Source: Candidatus Eiseniibacteriota bacterium (lineage in GTDB: Bacteria; Orphanbacterota; Orphanbacteria; Orphanbacterales; Orphanbacteraceae). Taken from it: a DNA stretch of 64,000 nt. Shown here one piece after another: positions 31,184-40,653 of this stretch (its first letter is position 1; the number at the start of each line of letters is the position of its first letter). The stretch lies in NCBI GenBank assembly GCA_016930695.1, contig JAFGGD010000026.1:114904-178903 (forward strand). The letters are read 5' to 3'. The translations under genes and the position numbers were made by a program. Under the pieces are notes generated by a model. That model ran no database searches. It was not told the DNA's origin and saw only the letters and a list, made by a program, of their open reading frames with translations.

Positions 31184-32227
31184 ATGAACGGCGCTCCCCG
31201 CAGCAGGGGAATCGGTTGGTTTTCGCGGAGCCGGTGGCGCGCGGCGCTCGCGGCGGCGCTTCTGATCGTCCTCGCCGGCGTGGTCTGGTTCGGCGCGCGT
31301 TCCGGCCGGAACGGACTCCCCCGCACGCTTACCCTCTACTGTTTTAGCGGCATGCAGGACGTGATGGAGGAAGGGGTCCTTCCCGCGTTCCGCGCGTTCT
31401 GGCTGGAGAGAACCGGAGAACGTGTGGAGTTCATCACCACCTTCGCCGGTTCGGGAACGATCTCGGACAGGATCGTGGAGCGTTTTCCCGCCGAGGTGGC
31501 GATCCTCTCCTCCGAGATGGACGCGTTCCGCCTGGCGGAAAGGGGTGTGGTCGCCGGGCCGACCTGGCGCCGGCAGCCCCGGGGAGGCGTGCTCGGCCGC
31601 TCGCCGATGGTGATTCTGGTGCGCCCCGGCAACCCGTCGGGTATCGCCGGATTCGCGGATCTCGCCCGTCCGGGGCTCGCCCTCGTGCAGCCCGATCCGC
31701 TCACCTCCGGCGCCGGGGAGTGGGGGCTCCTCTCCGTTTGGACGGCCGCGAATGGGGCTGGGGAGGAGGCGGTCGACCTCTTTCGCGGCGTCCGAAGGAA
31801 CACCGCCGCCGTCGCCCCGAGCGCGCGCGAGGCGCGGGCGATCTTTCTACGCGGCGAGGGGGACGCGCTGATCACCTATGAATCCGAGGCGATCGCCCTC
31901 TCGAACCGCCTCGGTTCGGACGCGGTGGTCCGCCCCGTCCCGACCGTCGTCGCCGAGGCGGTGGTGATCGCCATCGACAAGAACGTCGCCGCTCCGCAGC
32001 GCTCGCTAGTGGATGGCTTTCTCGGTTTCCTGTGGGGCGAAGAGGCGCAGTCGATCCTGGCCGCCGGGGGCTTCCGCGCCGCGGACGACGCCGTGAACGC
32101 CCGGTTCCCCGCCCTTCCTCCCGTCGAGGGCGCGGTCACGCTGGCCGATCTGGGAGGGGCGGCGACCGTGAGAGAAAGGATCCTGGGAGAGGCTTGGGAG
32201 AGGAGCGCTTCGCCGGGGGGCCGTTGA
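31184..32227 (+). CDS. Sulfate/thiosulfate-type (Sbp/CysP-like) substrate-binding protein, orphan
   Basis: GAGGAGG RBS; N-terminal TM; 'FAGSG', 'VRPGNP.GI..F.DL', 'PDPLTSGAG', 'GDALITYESE'. Confidence 0.78.
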   Translation: MNGAPRSRGIGWFSRSRWRAALAAALLIVLAGVVWFGARSGRNGLPRTLTLYCFSGMQDVMEEGVLPAFRAFWLERTGERVEFITTFAGSGTISDRIVERFPAEVAILSSEMDAFRLAERGVVAGPTWRRQPRGGVLGRSPMVILVRPGNPSGIAGFADLARPGLALVQPDPLTSGAGEWGLLSVWTAANGAGEEAVDLFRGVRRNTAAVAPSAREARAIFLRGEGDALITYESEAIALSNRLGSDAVVRPVPTVVAEAVVIAIDKNVAAPQRSLVDGFLGFLWGEEAQSILAAGGFRAADDAVNARFPALPPVEGAVTLADLGGAATVRERILGEAWERSASPGGR

Positions 32228-32254
32228 TCGGGGCGCCGGAGGGCGCGCGCTCAC

Positions 32255-32290
32255 AAAAAGAAAGGGAGCCCCGATCGAGGGCCCCCTTTT
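32255..32290. terminator. Bidirectional terminator
   Basis: AAAAAG-AAAGGGAGCCC..GGGCCCCCTTTT between convergent genes. Confidence 0.6.
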
Positions 32291-32327
32291 CCATTCCGTC
32301 GAATCGCTCGAGCGCCGGCGGTTTCCT

Positions 32328-32987
32328 CTATTCGTCGGCCTTCTTGCGGGCCGTCTCTTTCAGTTTCTCGTTCGCCATGATCGCCACCTCGACGCGGCGG
32401 TTCTGCTGTTTCCCTTCGGACGTCTCGTTGGAGGCGACCGGTTGGGTCTCGCCGTAACCGATGGTGGTCATCCGGGCGCTCTTCACGCCGTTCTGCAGAA
32501 GGTACGCCTTGACCGAATTGGCGCGCCTCTCGGACAGGGTCTGGTTGTGCTCCTCCGAGCCGTCCGAATCGGTGTGCCCCTCGATCAGGATGTCGGTGTC
32601 CGGGTACTTGGCGAGAATGGCGCCCAGGCTGGTGATGTTTTCTTGGGCCACCGGACGCAGGTCCGATTTGTTCACGTCAAAAAGGATGCCCGAATCGAAG
32701 GTGATTTTGATCCCCTCGCCGACGCGTTCGACCCGAGCGCCTTCGAGGTCCCGCTCCATCTCCTCCGCCTGGTCGTCCATGTAATCGCCGATGAAGGCGC
32801 CCGCGGCGCCGCCGACCGCCGCGCCGATGATCGCGCCCGCGGCGGTGTTCCCGGTCCGGTGGCCGATCGCGGTGCCGAGCAGCCCGCCGGTGGTCCCGCC
32901 GATGATCGCCCCCTTCTGAGTCTGCGTGCACGCCACGGCCAGCAGAAGCGCCCCGACCAGTCCGAAGACAAAGATCCGCTTGCTCAT
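32328..32987 (-). CDS. OmpA-family lipoprotein with glycine zipper (YiaD-like)
   Basis: Lipobox LAVAC; Gly-zipper; 'EGHTDS.G', 'LSERRA', 'GYGE', 'NRRVE'; start moved to ATG 32987. Confidence 0.92.
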   Translation of the reverse strand: MSKRIFVFGLVGALLLAVACTQTQKGAIIGGTTGGLLGTAIGHRTGNTAAGAIIGAAVGGAAGAFIGDYMDDQAEEMERDLEGARVERVGEGIKITFDSGILFDVNKSDLRPVAQENITSLGAILAKYPDTDILIEGHTDSDGSEEHNQTLSERRANSVKAYLLQNGVKSARMTTIGYGETQPVASNETSEGKQQNRRVEVAIMANEKLKETARKKADE

Positions 32988-33250
32988 ATCCGCTCCCTCC
33001 CGCTGAGTGTTCGTGGATTGAAGATAATGCGGTTTTCTACGCATGGGAAGGGAATTCGGGGGGAACGTTTTCGGGTTTTTTTCGGAGGGGAGATTCCCCT
33101 CCGGTACCGGATTCTCTTTTCGCGAACGAAGTGGGTGAATAGGTGTTCGGCACCGACAAGTGGATACGTAATGACGCCTCCCGCATATGGTATCCCTGTT
33201 TTCCGGTGCAGACTCGCCATTTCTTGCGCAGGGAGACGGCAGAGCCTAAA

Positions 33251-34762
33251 ATGAACGGGAAGAGAGCGGATCGACCCGACAAAGAAGGGGCCGGCTTGGA
33301 GAATTCTCCTTCCATCGTATGGTTCCGGAGGGATCTGCGGGTTCGCGACAACCGGGCGCTCGCAGCCGCCGCGGCGCGGGGCGGTACGGTCCTGCCCGTC
33401 TTCATCTGGGCGCCCGAGGAAGAGGGGAAGTGGGCGCCGGGCGAGGCCTCCCGCTGGTGGCTCCACCACTCCCTCGAATCGCTCGGCCGCTCCCTCCGTT
33501 CCCTCGGCGCGCCCCTCGTCCTCCGGCGCGGTCCTTCCCGCGAGGCGCTCCTCGATCTCGCCGGCGAAACCGGCGCCGGCGCGGTCTATTGGAACCGTCT
33601 CTACGATCCGGGGCCGGCGAAGCGCGACCGGAGCATCGCCCGCTCTCTCACCGCCGCGGGGATCCTTGCCGAGGGCTTTCCCGGCGCGCTCCTCTTCGAG
33701 CCGGAGGATGTTCGATCCGGCTCGGGCGGGCCCTACCGGGTCTTCACCCCATTCTGGAACCGCCTTCTCTCCCTGCCGGAGCGCGGCGCCGGTCCGGATG
33801 CTCCGAATCGCATGATCGCTTCCGAGAAAAAACCACGCTCTCTTCCTCTTGCGGACCTCGGCCTCCTCCCGCGCGTCGATTGGGCGGCGGGGCTCCGGGA
33901 AGCGTGGACGCCGGGAGAAGAGGGCGCCGTCGCCCGGCTCGATCGTTTTCTCCGCGAAGGGATCGGCGGCTACGACGCCGAGAGGAACCGCCCCGACCGG
34001 GAGGGAACCTCACGGCTCTCGCCGCACCTCTGTTGGGGAGAGATCGCGCCGTCGCGGGCGTGGAGCGAAGCGCGCCGCCGGGCGTCGCGCCTCCGGAGCG
34101 AGAAGACGCGCGCCTCCGCCCTCGCCTGGCTCCGCCAGCTCGCATGGCGCGAGTTCGCCGCCCACCTGCTCCACCACTATCCGAGCACGGTCGAGCACCC
34201 CCTCCGGGAGGAGTTCCGGCGATTCCCATGGCGGCGGAGCCGGAAGGACCTCGAAGCGTGGCGGGAAGGAAGGACCGGATACCCGATCGTCGACGCCGGA
34301 ATGCGCCAACTGCGGGCGACCGGATGGATGCACAACCGTGTCCGCATGATCGCGGGCAGTTTTCTTGTAAAGGATCTGCGTCTCCACTGGCTCGAGGGGG
34401 CGCGCTGGTTCTGGGATACGTTGGTCGACGCGGATCTGGCGAACAACACGCTCGGCTGGCAGTGGGTCGCCGGTTGCGGGGCGGACGCGGCCCCGTATTT
34501 CCGTGTTTTTAACCCGGTCGCCCAGGGGGAGCGGTACGATCCCGAAGGGGCGTACGTGAAACGCCATGTCCCGGAGCTGGCCGGACTTCCCGCGAAGTCG
34601 ATCCACCGCGCCGGCGAAGCGCCCGCGGAAGCGCCGGCCGCGACCGGCCTCCAAGCGGGTCGCGATTATCCGCCGCCGATGGTCGACCATGCCCGCGCCC
34701 GCGAGGAAGCGCTTCTCGCCCTCGCCGCGATGAAGGGCGTGAAGAAGCGGAACCGGCGATGA
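33251..34762 (+). CDS. phrB: Class I CPD DNA photolyase
   Basis: 'VWFRRDLRVRDN', 'VFTPF', 'TSRLSPHL', 'WREF', 'GRTGYPIVDAGMRQL..TGWMHNRVRM', 'GWQW', 'FNP'; exact start uncertain. Confidence 0.92.
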   Translation: MNGKRADRPDKEGAGLENSPSIVWFRRDLRVRDNRALAAAAARGGTVLPVFIWAPEEEGKWAPGEASRWWLHHSLESLGRSLRSLGAPLVLRRGPSREALLDLAGETGAGAVYWNRLYDPGPAKRDRSIARSLTAAGILAEGFPGALLFEPEDVRSGSGGPYRVFTPFWNRLLSLPERGAGPDAPNRMIASEKKPRSLPLADLGLLPRVDWAAGLREAWTPGEEGAVARLDRFLREGIGGYDAERNRPDREGTSRLSPHLCWGEIAPSRAWSEARRRASRLRSEKTRASALAWLRQLAWREFAAHLLHHYPSTVEHPLREEFRRFPWRRSRKDLEAWREGRTGYPIVDAGMRQLRATGWMHNRVRMIAGSFLVKDLRLHWLEGARWFWDTLVDADLANNTLGWQWVAGCGADAAPYFRVFNPVAQGERYDPEGAYVKRHVPELAGLPAKSIHRAGEAPAEAPAATGLQAGRDYPPPMVDHARAREEALLALAAMKGVKKRNRR

Positions 34763-34853
34763 GGGACGGGGCGCGCTTGATTTATCCGCGCGTATTCGAT
34801 TATCGGGAGAAGATGCTCCGCGAGATCATCCGGGGCGAGGGGAGGAGGGATTG

Positions 34854-35813
34854 GTGAACGATCATCGCAAAAAGATCCCCATCGGGGTGAGTCGCTGCCT
34901 TCTCGGCGATCCGGTCCGTTTCGACGGCGGCCACAAGAGGAGCCGTTTCCTCACCGACGTGCTCGCCGAGTGGTTCCGTTTCGTGCCGGTCTGCCCGGAG
35001 GTGGAGATCGGCCTCGGCGTCCCGCGCGAATCGATCCGCCTGGTCCGGAGCGACTCGGGCCCCCGTCTCGTGGGGAGCCGGACCGGAAAAGACCGTACCG
35101 AAAAAATGAACCGTTTCACGGAAGAGAGGGCGGAGGGGCTCGCGCCGCTCCGGCTCCGCGGTTTCGTGCTGAAGAGCACCTCCCCCACCTGCGGATTCGA
35201 GCGGGTGCGTATTTACGATACGAACGGCGTGCCGACCAAGGACGCCCGCGGTTTTTGGGGCGGGCGGCTCATGGACCGCTTCCCCCTGCTGCCGATCGAG
35301 GATGAGGGGCGCCTCAACGACCCGCGAATCCGGGAGAACTTCATCGTCCGTCTTTTCACATACGACCGATGGCTCCGGCTCCGGGAAGGGACGGTCCGGC
35401 CGCGGGATCTGGTGGACTTTCACACCGCCCACAAGATGCTCGTTCTCGCCCACAGCCCGAAGGCGATGACCGAGATGGGGCGTCTCACCGCCCGGGCGGG
35501 CGCGGACCCGATGGAGGATCTGCTGGACCGATACGAGGCGGAGATGATGACCGGGCTGCGGAAGATCGCATCGCCGGGGAAACACGTGAACGTGCTCGAG
35601 CACTTCGCCGGTTTCCTCAAGAAGGGGCTCGACCGGGAATCGAAAGCCGAACTGCACGACCTGATCGGCGAGTACGGGCGGGGATGGGTCCCCCTGATCA
35701 CGCCTCTCTCGCTCCTCCGGCACCACCTGAGGCGGCTCGGCCACGAGTGGGTGGAGGCGCAGGTCTATCTGCGGCCCTACCCGCGGGAGCTGGCGCTCCG
35801 GAGCACGATCTGA
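34854..35813 (+). CDS. DUF523/DUF1722 (YbgA-like, 2-thiouracil desulfurase family) protein
   Basis: 'GVSRCLLG..VRFDGGHK', 'VCPEVEIGLGVPRE', 'SPTCG', 'EDEGRL', 'YLRPYP'; pairing with photolyase as in E. coli ybgA-phr. Confidence 0.9.
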   Translation: MNDHRKKIPIGVSRCLLGDPVRFDGGHKRSRFLTDVLAEWFRFVPVCPEVEIGLGVPRESIRLVRSDSGPRLVGSRTGKDRTEKMNRFTEERAEGLAPLRLRGFVLKSTSPTCGFERVRIYDTNGVPTKDARGFWGGRLMDRFPLLPIEDEGRLNDPRIRENFIVRLFTYDRWLRLREGTVRPRDLVDFHTAHKMLVLAHSPKAMTEMGRLTARAGADPMEDLLDRYEAEMMTGLRKIASPGKHVNVLEHFAGFLKKGLDRESKAELHDLIGEYGRGWVPLITPLSLLRHHLRRLGHEWVEAQVYLRPYPRELALRSTI

Positions 35814-35834
35814 CCGCGCCCGCCGTTCGCCCCT

Positions 35835-35878
35835 AAAGAGAATCCCCGGAGGCGCCGCCCCCGGGGATTCCTCTTTTT
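35835..35878. terminator. Bidirectional terminator
   Basis: AAAGAGAATCCCCGG..CCGGGGATTCCTCTTTTT between convergent genes. Confidence 0.75.
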
Positions 35879-35905
35879 CGCCGTCGCCCAAGCGGGCGGG
35901 CCGGC

Positions 35906-37090
35906 CTAGAAGCCGGTGACCATGCCGATCACCCCCCGGTCCGTCTCCCGCTCCAGGTCCCGGGTGTACTCCGCGAGGAAGCGCAGATTGCGCGCAAAGA
36001 GATAGGTGACGCCCGCCGTGGCGGTCTCGTAATCGTAATCGTCCAGATCCGAATCGATCCGGTTGTAGAGCCCGGTGAAGAAGAAACGGGAGCGGTCCTC
36101 TTGGGGCGAGACGACCACCTCCACCACGATTCCCTCGGTCTCCACGTCTTCCGGGGAATCGATGAAAGTGGGATTGGTGTCTTTCCGGAGGAGGTACTGG
36201 ACGGTCGCTCCCACCGGCCCGTATCCCCCGTTCGCGTCCGGGCCCCAATAGGTGATCTCGTTCTCCTCGCCGCCCACGGTCCGTTCCTTGCCGTAGTAAA
36301 TAAAGCCGCCCACGGAGGCGTACTCGCCGATCCCCTGGGCGAGACGGAAGCCGTAGTTCTTGAATTTGTCGTTGTCGAACTTCAGGTTCTCGTCCGCCTC
36401 CGGCTTGCCGTTACCGTTCACCACCATGCCGACCAGGTCGGTGCCGGTCCGCTCGATGCCGTAGAGAAGCATCACCCCCCGGTCGTAGGCGAGATTGTTC
36501 ATCGAGTCGCCGATCCGGGTCTTGTAGATCTGGTAATCTTCGAAGGTGAGCCGCAGCTCGCGCTTCATCAGAGGATCCGAGGTCTGGAACTGGCCGACCA
36601 GCACGTCGAGGGGGACGCCGAAGACGTCGTTGAAGTGGACGTAGGCGTCCTCGATGCCCGCCACCTCCCCCCGCTCGGACATGTAGAAGTAGAAGTAGTA
36701 TCCGATGTTCCGGTAGAGCGCCCCGCCGGACATCAGCTTGATTCCCCAGGGGGACTGCAGGTCGTACTCCACGTCGCCATCTTCTAACGCGTCCTCGTAC
36801 ACGCCGTAGGCGTCGAAGCGGATCGCGACGGGGAAGTCTTTGTTCAGCCAGAGAAGGTCGTCGCCCGCGGTGATATAGTCGCGCTCCTTCTCCTCCTCGG
36901 GGATCATGAATCCGTTGCCGGCGAATTCGTCGCCGTACGGCTTCAGCTTGGGGAAGGGAACGTGGCAGGTGGAGCAGGAGAGCTTGTGCCGCCGCGCGAA
37001 CGCGGGGATCGCGCCTGCTTCTTCGGGGAGGACGGCGGCGAGAACCGTCGCCGCCAGTGCCGCGCACCACACAATCTTCGATCGATTCAT
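35906..37090 (-). CDS. Monoheme cytochrome c - outer-membrane beta-barrel fusion (Cyc2/ExtI-like)
   Basis: Signal peptide, then 'AIPAFARRHKLSCSTCH..PKLKPYG..F..NG'; amphipathic strands; C-terminal Phe; start moved to ATG 37090. Confidence 0.8.
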   Translation of the reverse strand: MNRSKIVWCAALAATVLAAVLPEEAGAIPAFARRHKLSCSTCHVPFPKLKPYGDEFAGNGFMIPEEEKERDYITAGDDLLWLNKDFPVAIRFDAYGVYEDALEDGDVEYDLQSPWGIKLMSGGALYRNIGYYFYFYMSERGEVAGIEDAYVHFNDVFGVPLDVLVGQFQTSDPLMKRELRLTFEDYQIYKTRIGDSMNNLAYDRGVMLLYGIERTGTDLVGMVVNGNGKPEADENLKFDNDKFKNYGFRLAQGIGEYASVGGFIYYGKERTVGGEENEITYWGPDANGGYGPVGATVQYLLRKDTNPTFIDSPEDVETEGIVVEVVVSPQEDRSRFFFTGLYNRIDSDLDDYDYETATAGVTYLFARNLRFLAEYTRDLERETDRGVIGMVTGF

Positions 37091-37142
37091 TCTTTCCGTA
37101 CCTCCCTCTCCGCGCCGCGCGCGCCTCACCGCGCCGCGCGGT

Positions 37143-38489
37143 TCAGTCGTACACTTCGATCCACGTCTCGGCGTGATTGATCGGAACGACCGCGCTCTCG
37201 TCGGCCGGAACATTCAACAGGTCCGCCACCGGCTTCACCAGTTTTTGAAAGTTCAACTCCGCGTGGAATGTCACCCGGCCGGGGGAGAGGTCCTCGGGAA
37301 TTTCCCAGGTGAAGGTCTCGATCTTGGTTTCCCGCGGGCCGATCCGGTAGTCGACGCCGAAGCTCTTCGTGTTCCACTGCATGATGGTCATCCGGCCTTG
37401 GGGATCGAAGTAGGGCATCCGGAAGATCCGGTCGCCGAACGGAACGCCGTCGCGCTGCACGCCGGGGAAGTCCGGATCGTCCAGCGGAACAGCCATGTCC
37501 TGATAGGCGAGCACGTCGGCGGCGATCGTGTACTCCTCTCCGCTGAAACCTTTCGGATCCACGGGAAGGTGCCACGTCCGTCCTTCCTCGTCTTCGGCGG
37601 TCACGTGGAGCCATACGATGCGGTCCTCCACCGAGCCGGTCGGGATCTTGTGGCCCGCCTTCCCGTTGAAGAGCTGCACCTTCACGACAGCGATCCCGTC
37701 GTAGGGGACCTCGCGTTCTTCGGGGTGCATCCGGAGTTCCACGGCGCCGGCCACCTTTCCGGGGTCGTGAGCGCCGTGGAAGAGGTGTTGCGCCACCGAG
37801 TCCGCCTCGACCATGGAGGCGCTCTTCCCCCAGGCGCGCGGCTCGTGACAGCGCTGGCAGGGAACCCCGTCGGCGCCGTAAGGACCGGCGGCCCACTCGA
37901 TCTGGGTCGCCTTCACCCACGCGCCGTAGGGGCTCATCTCGTTGTGACAGGTCCCGCAGAACTCCGCCTGCCGGAGGAAGGGGTTGTACTCCGTGTCGTG
38001 ATGGGGGGAGACGCGCCCCGGTTTGGGGCCGTACTTGGTGCGCCCCGGCGTCGAAATCCAATTGAAGTTAAAAGGGGTGTCGCCGGCGTAGCCGCTCACC
38101 GTGTGGCAGACGTCGCAGCTCACCGATTCGTTGGCGCGGCTGTTCTTCTCCGGGCGCGGCGGAGGGGTGTCCCCCGCCAGATAGGCGATCGGCGTGTGAC
38201 AGCCGTTGCACCCCGGTTCCGCCTTCGCCGCGATCGGGTCCCTCTTGGCGTGCTCCACCGCCAGGCCGAAATACTCGATCTCGTCCCAGTGATGGGTGAA
38301 TGCCTGGGCCATCATCGACTGCTCCCACTGCCGGAAGAGATCGGTGTGACAGCTGCGGCAAGCGGCCGGCTTCTCGTAATCGTCGTAACTCTTGGTGTTG
38401 TAGGCTTCTTCGCCGGAAGGACCGCCCCCCGCAGCGAAGGCGACGTGGGCGGCGAGGAGAAGAACCGGGAGGAGGGTGAAACGTTTCAT
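37143..38489 (-). CDS. Periplasmic pentaheme cytochrome c
   Basis: Signal peptide; CRSCH, CNGCH, CDVCH, CGTCH, CQRCH; 'GHKIPTG'; start moved to ATG 38489. Confidence 0.9.
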   Translation of the reverse strand: MKRFTLLPVLLLAAHVAFAAGGGPSGEEAYNTKSYDDYEKPAACRSCHTDLFRQWEQSMMAQAFTHHWDEIEYFGLAVEHAKRDPIAAKAEPGCNGCHTPIAYLAGDTPPPRPEKNSRANESVSCDVCHTVSGYAGDTPFNFNWISTPGRTKYGPKPGRVSPHHDTEYNPFLRQAEFCGTCHNEMSPYGAWVKATQIEWAAGPYGADGVPCQRCHEPRAWGKSASMVEADSVAQHLFHGAHDPGKVAGAVELRMHPEEREVPYDGIAVVKVQLFNGKAGHKIPTGSVEDRIVWLHVTAEDEEGRTWHLPVDPKGFSGEEYTIAADVLAYQDMAVPLDDPDFPGVQRDGVPFGDRIFRMPYFDPQGRMTIMQWNTKSFGVDYRIGPRETKIETFTWEIPEDLSPGRVTFHAELNFQKLVKPVADLLNVPADESAVVPINHAETWIEVYD

Positions 38490-38661
38490 CCGGACCTCCT
38501 TTTCGTAGGCCCGGTTCCCGGGATTCAGGGCGCCGGGCGGAAAACCCCTGGGGGACGGCACCATAAGAACAAAAACCGACCCCGGAATCCAGCATTTTTA
38601 CACGATTTGCCTGTTTGTCCTCCGCCGCGCGCGCCGGGTCGCGGGGGATGCGTTTCCGGGG

Positions 38662-38692
38662 TTGACAGGAAGACGAAATGGACATATGTTCA
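38662..38692 (+). promoter_or_regulatory. Sigma70 promoter overlapped by an imperfect palindrome (putative operator)
   Basis: TTGACA 38662-38667, 17 nt spacer, TATGTT 38685-38690; TGGACATATGTTCA 38679-38692 is 12/14 self-complementary. Confidence 0.6.
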
Positions 38693-38708
38693 ATACGAGG
38701 TGACCGGA

Positions 38709-39185
38709 ATGCCACGACCGATGCGAAGAAAAATCATCTCTCACGGAATCGACCGGCGCGCTTTCAAGCCGGTCGGCGTTCCCCGCACCGGGCTCGAAAC
38801 CGTCTACCTCACCCTCGACGGGCTGGAGGCGATCCGCCTGGCCGACGGCGAGGGTCTTTACCAAGAAGCCGCGGCGGAGAGAATGGACGTTTCGCGCACC
38901 ACATTTTCGCGGATTCTCGCGGCCGCGCGGCGCGCCGTGGCGGAAGCGCTTCTTGAAGGAAAAGCCCTCGAGATACGCGGCGGAGTCGTGGACCGCTCCC
39001 CCGCGGGACCCCATCCATGCCCGGTGCATGGAGGGGTGAGACGGACGGGGCGGGGTTGCCGTTGCGGTCCCAGAGACGGACACGGGCGGGGCATGAGGGC
39101 GGACGGAGAAAGCGAGCAATCTATGGACGAGAAACATCCCGGCGGGGACGACAAAGCCCGGCCGGACGAGGAGGAAAGTCGATGA
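38709..39185 (+). CDS. DUF134 HTH DNA-binding protein
   Basis: 'MPRP', 'FKPVG', 'LEAIRLADGEGLYQEAAAERMDVSRTTF', 'ALLEGKALEIRGG'; lies at the 3' end of track ORF 36906-39185. Confidence 0.88.
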   Translation: MPRPMRRKIISHGIDRRAFKPVGVPRTGLETVYLTLDGLEAIRLADGEGLYQEAAAERMDVSRTTFSRILAAARRAVAEALLEGKALEIRGGVVDRSPAGPHPCPVHGGVRRTGRGCRCGPRDGHGRGMRADGESEQSMDEKHPGGDDKARPDEEESR

Positions 39186-39766
39186 AAATCGCAATCACGG
39201 CGATGGGCGACGGATTGGACGCCGAGGTCAGCCCCGTTTTCGGGCGGGCCCCCTATTTTCTTTATGTGGACGTCGAAAGCGGCGAGGTGGAGGCATTGGT
39301 GAATCCTTCGGTGGACGCGCCGGGAGGGGCCGGAATCCGTTCCGCCCAGATCGTCGCGGACTCGGGGGTGGGCGCGGTCGTGACCGGACGACTCGGCCCG
39401 AACGCCTCACGTGTTCTTCAGGAGACCGGGTTGGACCTTTTCCGCGCGCGTGCCGGCACGGTCCGGGAGAATCTGGACGCTTTCCGCGGCGGGACGCTCG
39501 AACGTCTCGATGACGTGGGGGAGGCGGGGTTCGGGGGGAAACCGGGCGCGATGGGCGGCGGTCGTGGCGGCGGCATGGGCGGCGGCGGCGGGAGCGGAAT
39601 GGGGAGTGGTCGTGGTGGCGGCATGGGTGGTGGCGGTGGCATGGGCGGTGGTCGAGGCGGTGGTGGCGGTATGGGGGGCGGCCGTGGCGGCGGCGGCGGT
39701 CGTGGCGGCGGCGGTGGTGGTGGCGGCGGTGGTGGCCGTGGTGGTGGTGGCGGCGGCGGGCGCTGA
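39182..39766 (+). CDS. NifB/NifX-like (FeMo-co biosynthesis domain) protein with Gly-rich tail
   Basis: 'MKIAITA', 'FGRAPYF', 'GGAGI', 'GPNA'; start overlaps the upstream stop. Confidence 0.88.
   Translation: MKIAITAMGDGLDAEVSPVFGRAPYFLYVDVESGEVEALVNPSVDAPGGAGIRSAQIVADSGVGAVVTGRLGPNASRVLQETGLDLFRARAGTVRENLDAFRGGTLERLDDVGEAGFGGKPGAMGGGRGGGMGGGGGSGMGSGRGGGMGGGGGMGGGRGGGGGMGGGRGGGGGRGGGGGGGGGGGRGGGGGGGR
39550..39763 (+). repeat. Low-complexity GGC/GGT tract encoding GGGMG/GGGRG repeats
   Basis: About 70 codons made almost entirely of Gly with interspersed Met and Arg. Confidence 0.9.
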
Positions 39767-39786
39767 TTCATCGGAGGGACTGTGTG

Positions 39787-40653
39787 ATGATCCTTGCCGT
39801 GGCAAGTGGAAAAGGGGGAACCGGGAAAACGACCGTCGCGATCGGTTTGGCGCGGGCCGCGGCGGCGGAGGGCCGCACCGTGCTTTTCCTGGACTGCGAT
39901 GTGGAGGCGCCGAACGCGGCGCTCTTCCTCCATCCGGAGTGGGAGGAGGAAAGGCGGGTCGGCGTCCTCCTGCCCGAGGTGGACCCGGAGAAGTGCACGG
40001 GCTGCGGGCGCTGCGCCGAGGTGTGCGCCTATTCCGCCCTCGCCGTGGTGAACGGGAAGGTGCTCCTTTTCGACGATCTCTGCCACGGCTGCGGGAGCTG
40101 CATGCGGCAGTGTCCCGAGAAGGCGATCACCGAACGGCTCCATACAACCGGAAGCCTCCATGCGGGCCGGGCCGGCGCGATTCTCTTCGCCCGGGGCGTG
40201 CTCGACGTGGGGCGAGCCATGGCGCCGCCCGTGATCCGCGAACTGAAACGATGGAAGCTCGGGGGCGCGGGCGGGCCGGGACGCCTGGCGGTGCTCGACG
40301 CGCCTCCGGGCGCGTCCTGTCCGGTGGTGGAAACTCTCCGGGGCGCCGACCGCGTTCTTCTCGTCACCGAACCGACCCCCTTCGGCCTGCACGACCTGGA
40401 GCAGGCGATCGGCCTCGCCCGGGACGCCCTCGGGCTCCCCGTCGATGTCGTTCTGAACCGCGCCGACGAGGGAGATGACGCCGTGGAGCGTTTTTGCGAG
40501 AAAGAGGGGATCCCCGTGGTGCTCCGCATACCCTTCGACAGGAAGATCGCCGAGGCGTATTCGGAAGGAATCGCGCCGGACCACGCGGTGCCGGAGGTCG
40601 GGCGCGCCTTTCGGGATCTCCTGCTCGTGCTCGCCGGGAGGGAGGGAGGATGA
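39787..40653 (+). CDS. MinD-superfamily P-loop ATPase with inserted 2x[4Fe-4S] ferredoxin (COG1149-like)
   Basis: 'SGKGGTGKTT', 'DCDVEAPN', 'CTGCGRC', 'CHGCGSC', 'DAPPGASCP', 'TEPTPFGLHDL'. Confidence 0.9.
   Translation: MILAVASGKGGTGKTTVAIGLARAAAAEGRTVLFLDCDVEAPNAALFLHPEWEEERRVGVLLPEVDPEKCTGCGRCAEVCAYSALAVVNGKVLLFDDLCHGCGSCMRQCPEKAITERLHTTGSLHAGRAGAILFARGVLDVGRAMAPPVIRELKRWKLGGAGGPGRLAVLDAPPGASCPVVETLRGADRVLLVTEPTPFGLHDLEQAIGLARDALGLPVDVVLNRADEGDDAVERFCEKEGIPVVLRIPFDRKIAEAYSEGIAPDHAVPEVGRAFRDLLLVLAGREGG

Noticed and set aside
37143-38489. Selenoprotein (ExtKL-type) cytochrome
   Set aside because: The frame is uninterrupted with no internal TGA, and the terminal TGA follows a plausible C-terminus
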